64,000 nt of DNA, taken from assembly GCA_963705105.1 (NCBI GenBank), contig CAVPIW010000006.1:1-64000 (forward strand), read 5' to 3'. The DNA comes from an uncultured Nitrospiraceae bacterium (GTDB taxonomy: Bacteria; Nitrospirota; Thermodesulfovibrionia; Thermodesulfovibrionales; Dissulfurispiraceae). The notes below the pieces were generated by a model. The model did no database searches, was not told the DNA's origin, and worked only from the letters and a program-made list of their open reading frames with translations. The position numbers and the translations under genes were made by a program. Positions 11,840 to 20,670 of the stretch are shown here, piece by piece; positions within the stretch are counted from its first letter, which is position 1; each line of letters starts with the position of its first letter.

Positions 11840-12145
11840 AGACGCGCAGGCCGCAAAGCTCCTCGAGATCGAGGGGAGGGGAAGAGACGGAAAGAACCAA
11901 AAAGGCCGGCCGGAAATGGGAAGGGGGGGCAAAAAGAAGCGTCGATGAAAACTCTCTCTCTCTCTCTCTCTCGACACCCGGCGCTCTTTACCTTTTTTTG
12001 TACATCAGAAGCGGAGCGGGGGTCCCCAAGGAGCCGTCGTTTCGTCGACCTGTGAGAACGAATTGGAAGATGAAGAGAGGGGAAGCGTGAGCGAAAAGGG
12101 ACGCCGCACAAGATGGAAACCCTCTCGAGGATGAAAAGTTGTCGC

Positions 12146-12264
12146 ATGGGTCAGAAGCTGAATGGATTAATATTAGCCTGATTGTTTTGCGCACGGGGAG
12201 AAGAGGGAGTTTAACCCCCCCCCGCTCCCCGCTAGCCCATCTAATTATTGATCGTCATTCCCAT
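12146..12264 (-). ncRNA. C/D box snoRNA with antisense to LSU UGAAUGGAUUAA
   Basis: ATGGG/CCCAT terminal stem, C ATGACGA 12258-12252, D CTGA 12154-12151, 12-nt guide TTAATCCATTCA (12170-12159). Target residue ambiguous. Confidence 0.75.
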
Positions 12265-12381
12265 TAAAAGCAACTGCTGTTGACGAAGAAGGGGGGAAAG
12301 AGAGGACGGGAAAAAGTGGCTGCCGTTCGTTGCCCGCTGTTTTTGCTCGGCCCGCTCAAAACAAAAGCTCCGAAAGAACAA

Positions 12382-12463
12382 GGCCTCCGGTATCAGCAGT
12401 TGCATCCTCATTAAGAAAATCGGACGGTAATTCCATTTGTGATTGAGGTTATTCGTCATGGCC
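12382..12463 (-). ncRNA. C/D box snoRNA, snR77/snoR77-like (18S Um578, yeast numbering)
   Basis: C ATGACGA 12459-12453, guide TGGAATTACCG complementary to 18S CGGUAAUUCCA, D' CCGA 12423-12420, C' ATGAGGA 12411-12405, D CTGA 12396-12393. D'+5 pairs with the U of CGGU. Confidence 0.88.
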
Positions 12464-12583
12464 CAAGGGAAAAGAGGTGAAGGAAGTGAAAAATAAGAAG
12501 ATGGGGAAAGAAAAAAAGGTTGACGTCGGCGGCGGCGACGGAAGAAAACAAACGAACCGAAGAAGAAGAGAGCGAAGCCGACT

Positions 12584-12722
12584 AAAGAGCTCATTACTTC
12601 TTAGAGGTTAAAACAAATTTTAGACATCATATCGCGCGAACATGGCGAGTGTGAGGTCGCCGCTTTTAGTGCCGCGCGTATTGATCAGTGGATTGACAGA
12701 TGTCGTTTAATCCTTGCTCTTT
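12584..12722 (-). ncRNA. Double-guide C/D snoRNA for two 18S uridines (snoR14/SNORD110-type and U61/SNORD61-type sites)
   Basis: 7-bp AAAGAGC/GCTCTTT stem, variant C AGGATTA, guide ATCTGTCAATCC (18S GGAUUGACAGAU) before D' CTGA, C' ATGATGT, guide CCTCTAAGAAGT (18S ACUUCUUAGAGG) before variant D ATGA. Confidence 0.82.
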
Positions 12723-12865
12723 TTCTTTTCTTCGTTCGACTTTTCGGTTTTTTCGTCGTCGCGGTCTTTTTTTTTCCTTTTCGTTTTTCGCCGCTGTCGC
12801 CGCCGTCTCCGCAGGAAAGGGGAAAGGGGAAAGGGGAAACAAAATCAAAACTTCAAAACTGCACT

Positions 12866-12982
12866 GCTCTCAGGCGCCGGGGAGTGTAAGTCCCCAGCAA
12901 TATTATTATTCGCTTTTATGTGCTATCAATCACTCAGGTCAGACGGCACTTCCTAACGTTTTTCAAGCAGTCTTCACCGAGC
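12866..12982 (-). ncRNA. C/D box snoRNA candidate, target not recognised (orphan)
   Basis: GCTC/GAGC stem, C-like GTGAAGA 12977-12971, D' CTGA 12942-12939, C'-like GTGATTG, D CTGA 12873-12870. Confidence 0.6.
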
Positions 12983-13231
12983 GAAGATGTTTTTTTTTGT
13001 TTTTTTTTTGTTTGCAAAGTCGAGTTTTTTGTGTAGTGGGGGACGGAGCTTTCTCTCTCTCTTTCTCTTTCTCTTTACTCCCTCTTTTTTCTTACTCAGC
13101 CTTGTCATTCGAGCGAGAAGAAGAAGAACAAGTTGAGGACCTGTGTTTTCGGATGAAAAGAAGGAGAAGGCGCGCCGCGTGAGCCTTTTCATTCCTTTTT
13201 CAAAAAAAATGAAAAAACATCGGAAAAAGTT

Positions 13232-13440
13232 TTCTGTGATCGCCGATTAAAAATGGCACCGGGCAGCGCACGAGAGAAATTAAAAAGCGAATGCCGGCTT
13301 CCTATCATGGAAGGCAGAAGCGGGAGGAGCGATGAAGCCCTTCCTCGATCTCAGCTCGACTGTGAGCAGCAGGCGTCAGCGGCCCTGGTCCCTCGATGAG
13401 GGGGGGCCTCCGCCGGCCGTGGCAAGAAGGCTAGGTGGTA
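13232..13440 (-). ncRNA. Possible H/ACA snoRNA
   Basis: H-like ATAGGA 13305-13300 and ACA-gaa 13237-13232 in a GC-rich island within a host intron; hairpins only partly convincing. Confidence 0.35.
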
Positions 13441-13612
13441 GGAAAATTTCCTCAGCGAAGAGGAAGAGAAAGAGACGAGGAAGAAGAAAAAAACGCACCT
13501 TTTTTGGAACCCCGCTCTTGTTCCCTCGACGACGACGAAGACAGACACGCAAGAAGAGCCGAGCCCACCGCAGAGACCTGCTATTTTGTTATGAAAGAGT
13601 TCAAAAGAAAGG

Positions 13613-13760
13613 AAATGTCAGGGCAGAGTTGACACGGCGTCCAGAAACTTGAAATTTTTCAAAGAATAAAAAAAATTCGTCGGGCCGCAACACGATAGCC
13701 GCCCTGGCGCGCAGTGAAGCGCGGGGCTCGGTTCTCGCACGCGTAACAGGGACGGCATAA
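13613..13760 (-). ncRNA. Possible H/ACA-type snoRNA
   Basis: Stem CAGGGCGG/CTGCCCTG closing directly on ACA-ttt (13618-13613); no clean H box found. Confidence 0.45.
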
Positions 13761-14047
13761 ATCAATGCCATTGAAGATCTTAACCTCTCCTCTTCTTATC
13801 TCTCTCCCAGGGAGAGAGAGGAAGAGAAGGAAAAAGGCGAAAGGGCCGTCCGGGGTAGATAGCGTGCTTTTTGTTTTTTTTTGGTTTCGTGTTTTCTTTC
13901 CTCTCTCTCTCTCTTCTTTTTCGACCTCCTCCGAGCGACGAAAAATCACACAGATCTTGCCTCCCTTTTTTGCCGCCGCGCTTTCCCCCCACCGTCGCCG
14001 AGAGAAAGCTGAGTGTTTGAAAGTGTTTTGAAAAAAGAGAAAACAAA

Positions 14048-14200
14048 AAGTGTACCAGCGAGACAGGTCAGCGGTGGGCCGTTTCGAAAAAAAGAAAAAA
14101 GAAGAAAACTCCTTTTTTTTTAGCAGCTCCTCTGCTGGTTTAAAATCTGGCAAGCGCCACCGGCCTTTTTCAGAGAAAAGGCCGCACGCTGCTCTCCGCC
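14048..14200 (-). ncRNA. H/ACA snoRNA candidate
   Basis: Hairpin CGGCCTTTT/AAAAGGCCG, H-like AGATTT(TA), then stem ACCAGCAGAG/CTCGCTGGT closing on ACA-ctt (14053-14048). Confidence 0.5.
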
Positions 14201-14744
14201 CCCCTTACCCCCCGAAAGGCATTAAGATATAAAATGGAAATTCGACGCCGAGCGCGGGTTCCCTCGCGGGGGAGCAGGAGAGAGGAAGGGAAGAAGAGGG
14301 GAATGAAACTCGACGCGAGAGCAGGCTCTGCATCAAGCGTTTCAATCCCCCCACTCACCCTACCTCCCTCTACCGCTCCCCGGGGTGCGCATCGTTTGGC
14401 ATACGCCGGCCAGTCGGGGAACGCCTCTAAAAAGAGCGGTTTGTTTTTGAAAGTTTTTTTTTGTCTCTCGCTTGCGCTCGCTCGCTCGCTCGCTCAACTC
14501 CTTGTCACGCTCCAACTCTTCGGCTTACCATTTTCGTTTCGAATTTTTTTCTCTATCGACCATAGCGATAGCCGATCGAGACTTCGTCTTTCTCTGTTGG
14601 TGATGATCGAAAGGAGAGCGTGGAGAGAGATTGGCGTGAGCGCGGGAGGAAGAAACAAGGTCAAAGAGGTCGGACGTCGAAAACGACGTCGAAAAAGAAT
14701 GGCCCCTTCTTCTCTTTTTTTTTGCCAAACTCGTTGGCGGCGGC

Positions 14745-14897
14745 GGCGGGCTCGGAAGTTAGTTTATAAGTATTCGATTCCTGCGGCGATTCATCCTCAT
14801 GGAGATGACGCTTCTAGGCGCCAGCTCGGTAGAGGGAGCCGATTCGTCTCTGCCCGCCGTGGAGATGTTTTGAGAAGCTTCAAGAGCATGAGCCGCC
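14745..14897 (-). ncRNA. Possible C/D snoRNA (18S CAGUUAUAGUUUAU region, Um121/123-type site)
   Basis: GC-rich terminal stem, C'-like ATGAGGA, D-like CCGA preceded by ATAAACTA--ACT, which matches the 18S complement apart from a 2-nt gap. C box poor. Confidence 0.4.
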
Positions 14898-15266
14898 GCC
14901 GACGACGAGCTCGAAAGGGAGCCTAGCCAAGGCGGAGGACAGCTCCGTAGTTTTTTCGGCGAAGCACCTACCGTCGATGCCTGCTTACCGTAGGAGATGG
15001 GGATGAGGATTCGGTGCCTCTGCGCTGGTGCTGACGAGAGAGAGAGCGAGAAGAGGGAGAGCGAGAGCGGGAGAGAGAGACGTCGACCGATGCGGACGAC
15101 GTCGCCGCTCATGGCTCTCGCCGATCGAGTTTTTCCTGATTTTTATGTCGCTCCTGCTCGCCTCGATTTTTTTTTCAGTAATCACTTTCCTTCTCTTTTT
15201 CTTCTTCTTCTTCTCCTTCCTCCTCCTTCCATCCCTTTCTCTCAACACCACTTCATCTCACACAAG

Positions 15267-17513
15267 ATGTCTGACAAGGAGGGCTCGCCCCCCAAGTGAG
15301 TGCTGCCTCCTTCTCGCATGTCGCGTGCGACGCGCGGGCAACGGCAGAGAGAGAAGAGAGAGAGAGCAGAAAGAGAAAGAGCAAGCCATAAAAAAAAACG
15401 ACGTCTTTTTCTGGCGGCCGCCGTCGATGATGGCGCGTCTTTCTCTTTCTCCTTCTCTCTTGCTCACCCTTGCCTTTCTCTCTTTATCTTTCGACATTTC
15501 TCAACGACAGGCCCGACGACGCCAGCGACGAAGAGCGCGAAGGTGAGAGAAGATGGCTTTGAGATAGAAGAAAAGAGAATTTTTCGACGTCGTCGTCGTT
15601 GTTTGCTCGCGATCGCTTTTCGTTTTTTTTTTCTCTCCAGCTCTCACCTCTCAACCTCCTCTCTCTCTCTCCTCTTCTTCCCTCCCCCAAACTTAAAAAA
15701 AACACACCAGGCCGCTCCCGCTCCCGCTCGCGCTCCAACGCCGACGGCCGCGACGGCGCCGCCGACCGCTCCCGCTCCCGCTCCCGCTCCAACCCCAAGG
15801 ACGACGGGGGCGACAAGGAAGCTCCCGCGCGACGAAAAGAAATCCGAGCAGCCTAAAAAAGATGAGAAGCCGGCGCCGATCGACTGGAAGACCAACCTCG
15901 AGAACCTCGTGTCCGAGGGCTACCTCCGCGAGGGGGACATCGACGCCGCGGCGCACGACGCGCTGGCCGCTTTGCCGCAGGAGAGCGCCAACCTGGCCGT
16001 GCAGAGGCTCCGCGAGTCGTCGCTGGCGCGCGTCACCAACAAGTCTGGTTTCCTGCTCGGCATCATCCGCAGGCTCGGCGACGCCGACGGCGGCCGCGGA
16101 GGAGGCGGCGACGACGGCGACGCCATCGCGCACCTGGCGGAGAAGCGCGACTTCCACCACGTGGGCCGCAAGCTCCAGGAGATGGTCGCCGAGGGGCGCA
16201 TCTCCAACGGCGACGTCGACCGCAGGCTGTCCCGCGCGCTCGGCGACCTGGGACCCCGTCTGGCGGAAGAGGCCGTCGACAAGTTTGCCCAGGCGAACCT
16301 GGAGTCGGTGCGCTCCAAGGCGGGCTTCTTCATGGGCATCGTCCGCAGGCTGGAGAGGGACCAGCAGGGCGGTGGGGGAGGCCGTGGCGGGGGCCGCGGG
16401 GGATACGGGGACCGCGGAGGTGAGGGAAGAGAGTTTTGGAGAGAGTTCTTTTTTCGAGAACGAAAACGAAAATGACGGCGGCGAAGAAGAAGAAAAAAAA
16501 GCTCACTTTTCAACTCTCTCTTTCAATTCTCTTTTTCAATTCTCTCTCAAAAAAATAGGCTACGGCGGCGGTGACCGCGGCCACTACGGCGGCGGCGGCG
16601 GCGACCGCTACGGAGGAGGTGGCGGTGGCTACGGCGGAGGCGGCGGGTGAGTTTTCGTCCTTTTTCTGTCTGCCTCTTTCTTTCTAAAAAAAATCTCTCT
16701 CTTTCGGCCACCTCTCTCACCTCTCTCAATTCTTTCTTATCTTTCTATCTTCTCCTCTCTTCGCATCCCAAAGCACGGCGGCGGTGGCGGCTACCAGGGA
16801 GGCGGTGGCGGCAACTACGGAGGCGGCGGTGGCTACGGCCAGCAGGGCGGCGGCGGCTACGGGCGGCGGCGGCTAGTGAGGTTTTTTTTTGGTTTTGAGT
16901 TTAGAGAGAGGAAAAGAGAGGAGAAGAAGAGAAAAGACGACGATCAAACGTCATTTGCTCATGATCGATTTTCCCCTTCATCTCATCTCCCAACCCTACA
17001 CTCACAAAACAGCGGTGGCGGCGGTCGGCTACGGCGGCGGTGGCGGCTATGGCCAGCAGGGCGGCGGCGGCGGGTGAGATTTGTTTTGTTTCCCGTTCTC
17101 TCTCTCTGTGCACAGTCGCTTCATGCGAAAAAAAACGGTCTGCGCACGAAAAAAAACTTTCAAAAAAATGATTCAAACACCATTATTTTTCCTTTTTCCC
17201 GCTCACTTTGCGCCGTTTTTCCCTTCTTTCTTTTTCTTTACTTTTCTTTGCCACGAACAGTTACTATGGTGGAAGCGGAGGAGGGCTACTACCAGGGAGG
17301 AGGCGGTGGCGGGTGAGTCCAGAAAACTCCTTTTTGATTTTCTGTTTTTTGCGTTTTCGGCGTTGGTTTTGTCTTCGTTTCGTCCTCTTCTTCTCACCTT
17401 CCTTCCCTTTCTCACTTGTTTAACCTTCGTTTCTCTCAACTCAACAGCTACAGCGGCGGCGGCGGCTACGGACAGCAGCAGGGGGAGGCGGCGGCGGCTA
17501 CGGAGGCCGCTAG
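15267..17513 (+). CDS. Putative RNA-binding protein: RS-like N-terminus, two hnRNP-Q acidic-domain-like repeats, Gly/Tyr/Gln-rich tail; about 8 exons
   Basis: Repeats ...ESSLARVTNKSGFLLGIIRRL and ...KFAQANLESVRSKAGFFMGIVRRL; GGYGG-coding small exons bounded by CAG/GTGAG. Confidence 0.72.
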
Positions 17514-18260
17514 GCGACGCGCGCAGCTTCTTTTGCTCGCTACTGCGACAAAGAGAAGAAGAGAGGGAGAGGGAGAGAAAAGAGAAAGAAAACTTGCGAG
17601 CGCGCGAGCGAGCGAGCCCCGCTGCTGCTGCTGCTGCCTCTGCACCTTTCCGCTGTCCCCCGCGTGGATTCTCTTTCTCTTCTCTCCCTCCCTTCTCTCT
17701 CTTTCTGATGTCACAGATATATAAATAAACGCACCATTTCGTCGTCGTTTATGAGAAAGAAGAAGAGAAATGAGCGAAAAAACGAGCGAGCGCGAGCAGT
17801 GGCGCCGCTCCGGCTGCTGCTGCTTTTTCTTTTTGCTTTCTTTTCTTTTTCCCCACGCTGCTGCTGCTTTCTCGACTGCTGCCGTGCTTTCCGACCTTCT
17901 TCTTCTCGTTCTGTTGCTGCTGCTGCTTCTGACGCTGCTGATGCTGCCGATTCTGCCGCTGCGATCTCGCCGTCGTCATCGCCGTTCGTCGCTTCGCCGC
18001 CGCGCGGGTCGAAGAGAGCTGCTTTTTGCTTTTGCACGCTTTTCCCCCCCAAACAACAACAATCAACAAACACAATCCATCAAACAGGGTCTTCGCAAGA
18101 GAGAGAGAGAGAGAGAGAGAGAGATAAGAGAGAGGGATTTTCCAATGAGAGAAGAAAGAGAGAGAGAGAGAGAGAGAGATTTTTTTGTGCGTGCTGGGGG
18201 TCGTTTTTTTTATTTTTGCAAAAACAAACAAGAGAGAGAGAGAAGACAAAAAAACAAAAT

Positions 18261-19406
18261 TCACTTTGGGTCCGGCGCCAGCAGCTTCTGCAGCCGCGCC
18301 ACCTTCTCCGTGTCCCCCGTCCTCGCCGCCACTTGCAGCTCGATCCGCAGCAGCTCCTGCCTCTTCATGTCCTCCTTCTTGCCCGCGTCGGAGTATTTGA
18401 GCGCGTTGTACGCTTCCTTGAGCCTCTCGGCGGCCTCTTCCTCGCGCCGCTTCGCTCGGCCTCGGCGCGCCGCGCCGCCTCGTCGTCGGCGGCGCTGACT
18501 GGGGCCTCCCCTCCTTCCCCTTTCCTTCCTCTTCCTCGCCTCCTCCTTCTCCCTCTCCTGCTGCCAGGCCGCCAAATCGTAGTACTTCCTCGAGGGCAGC
18601 GTGGCGGTGTTGAAGTCCTCGACAAAAGTCTTCCAGAGCTCGGTCTCCTCCCACTTGGCCAGCGCTTCCATGCTGGCCACCTTTTTGACCTCCGAGCACC
18701 AGGCGAAGAACTCGGAGCGCTTGAGCTCGGCGTCGTGGGGGTTCTCGGCGCGGAGGAGGCCGTGGGAGCCGTACTGGGAGGTCAGGGCTGCCGTCGTCGG
18801 CGGCTTTGCTGCCGTCGCTGTCGCTGCTGCTGCGGCCTTTTTGGCCCTTTTCTCGCCGCCGCCGCCGCTCCCGTCGGTGTCGCTGCCGCTGTCGCTCGTC
18901 GCTGCTCCGTCGCCGCTTCTTCTTCTTGCTCTTCTTGTCTTCCTTCTTGCTGTGCTTCTTCTGTGCTTCTTGCTGTGCTTTTTGGAGTCCTTCTTGTGCT
19001 TGGAGCGGCGGTGGCGGCCCTTGCGGTCTTCGTCGCTTGTCGCTCTCGTCGTCGTCGTCGTCCGAACTCGAAGTCGACGGCTTCGTCTTCTTCGCTCCGT
19101 CGCCGCCATCATCCCTCGTCTTGAAAAGCTTATCCAGCTCCTTGCCCTTGTCCGCCAAAAACTCCCTGACGATCGCCTCGGCCTCGCGCGCGTCGGCGCC
19201 CGGGGCGGCGGAGGCCGCGAGCGCGAGCACGGACAGGGGCACCTTCGGCGAAGACCCAGAGCTGAAGATCGCATGCAGCCTCGCCAGCGTCTCTTCTTCG
19301 AGAGCCCGCGCTCGCGCCTCGGCGTGGCGCTCGACGAGCGAGAGCCCGCGCGTGTCGGCGGCGCCCAGTGAGCCGCGCGTGAACTCGAGGCCGGTTCGGC
19401 GGCCAT
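18261..19406 (-). CDS. Conserved eukaryotic hypothetical Lys/Ser-rich coiled-coil protein (frameshifted)
   Basis: QYGSHGLL..EFFAWCSEVK..KWEE.ELWKTFVEDFNTATLPSRKYYDL and C-terminal EKVARLQKLLAPD resemble an uncharacterised plant/algal family. Confidence 0.75.
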   Translation of the reverse strand: MAAEPASSSRAAHWAPPTRAGSRSSSATPRRERGLSKKRRWRGCMRSSALGLRRRCPCPCSRSRPPPPRAPTRARPRRSSGSFWRTRARSWISFSRRGMMAATERRRRSRRLRVRTTTTTRATSDEDRKGRHRRSKHKKDSKKHSKKHRRSTARRKTRRARRRSGDGAATSDSGSDTDGSGGGGEKRAKKAAAAATATAAKPPTTAALTSQYGSHGLLRAENPHDAELKRSEFFAWCSEVKKVASMEALAKWEETELWKTFVEDFNTATLPSRKYYDLAAWQQEREKEEARKRKERGRRGGPSQRRRRRGGAARRGRAKRREEEAAERLKEAYNALKYSDAGKKEDMKRQELLRIELQVAARTGDTEKVARLQKLLAPDPK

Positions 19407-19527
19407 CGAGAAAGGTGGAGAGCGAGAGAGATGAGAAGATGAGAGGTCTGTTTTTTTTTGGTTTTCTAATTTTTCATCCTTTTTTCACCCTCTCTCTCCC
19501 CCGCTCGCTCTTCTCCCTTTCCCCCCT

Positions 19528-20488
19528 TCACGCCGCCGCCCTCCGCGCGCGCTTGGGCCTGCTCGGCCTGCTCGCGTCCTGGGCCCGGGACCCCTTTCCC
19601 TTGGTCTCGTCGGGGGTCTTGGGAGGAGCAGCAGCGGCCAAGGCTTTCTTGCTCTTTTGCTTCTTCCCTTTTGCGGCTGCTGCCGCTGCTGCTCCCTCAG
19701 CGGCCTTTCGCGCTCGCCCGCTGCCGCTGGCCTCTGCCGCCTCCGCTCCCGACGCCTTCATCTCCTCCTCTGGCCCCTCTGCTTCTTCTTCTCTCTTCCT
19801 CTTCCTCTTCTTCTTCTTCTTCTTCTTCTTCTTCCTCGAGATCCGGCTCGGGAACGGTCTCGTGCTCGCCCTTCGCCGCCAGCGCCCTCGCGACGGAGAG
19901 CTTCTTCCCCTCGAGGTGCCTCCGGAGCGCCGCGGGCGTCGCGCTGATGATGTGGCACGTCAGCGAGCAGTACCACTTCCCCTCGAAGTTCCTCGACTTG
20001 GTCAGCAGCGGGGGCTCCCCGGAGGAGGCGGCGAGCTGCTCGCACTCGTCGGCGTCGGCGGCGCGGCGGGTGTACTTGGCGCCGCTGAGGAGAGTATTAG
20101 TTTAGGGAGGTCGAGGTCGAGGTGAGGAGGTTGAGGAAGATGAATTCGAGGCGGCGGCGGCGGCCTGCTTTTGCGATGCTTCATTTTGCTTGGCTTGACT
20201 TTTCGCTTCAATTCGCCCTTCTCTTCAACTCATTTTTTTCCTTGAGGAAGCTCCTGTCGCTCTTATCGAGGCCACTAGAAGCAGCTAGTCCCGATTCGAG
20301 AAAATTGAAAAGAGAAAACGAGTCTTTCTTCTCTCTCACCTGACATGCGCAGAGACGACGGCCTCGTCCGCCTTCATCACGTGCCCCGTGAGCGAGCACT
20401 TGAGCCTTCCGTCGGGCTGGGAGACGAGGCGGCGCCCCGGGCCGCGCAGGAGCGCTGCCAGGGCTGGGGAGGGCTCGGCGGCCGTCAT
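19528..20488 (-). CDS. SURF2: Surfeit locus protein 2 homolog, two exons
   Basis: Two zinc-finger-like repeats, GRLKCSLTGH...HV.GAKY and WYCSLTCHII...RHLEGKK, then an acidic run and basic tail. Confidence 0.72.
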
Positions 20489-20670
20489 TTTCTTCTTTCG
20501 ATTTCGACACGCGTCGAGTTTTTTTTCTTTTCTTCGAGTTGTTTTGATTTTTTGAGGCAAGGGCAGCGTCGAGCAGCGTTAGCACTCTCTCTTTTTTCAC
20601 TTTTCTTTTTCCTCTTCTCCTTCCTCTTTTCCCTTTTCCCCTCGCCATCAAACTCTTCTTCTCTGCCGCC

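Larger units (their letters stand above)
10750..15115 (-). ncRNA. Spliced non-coding snoRNA host transcript (SNHG-like)
   Basis: Minus-strand AG|exon|GT units: ...-14989, 14593-14529, 13577-13499, 13140-13096, 12049-11992, 11651-11566, a less certain one from ~11282, and a last exon from 10791 with TGTAA at 10771-10767. The spliced ORF from ATG 15112 stops after about 54 codons. snoRNA candidates fall in the introns. Confidence 0.7.

Noticed and set aside
12270..12403. 10-bp inverted repeat GCAACTGCTG/CAGCAGTTGC
   Set aside because: Could aid snoRNA processing but is too short to support on its own.
12623..12704. Plus-strand multibranch RNA (tRNA-like or riboswitch)
   Set aside because: No TPP or tRNA consensus; better explained as the interior of the minus-strand C/D snoRNA.
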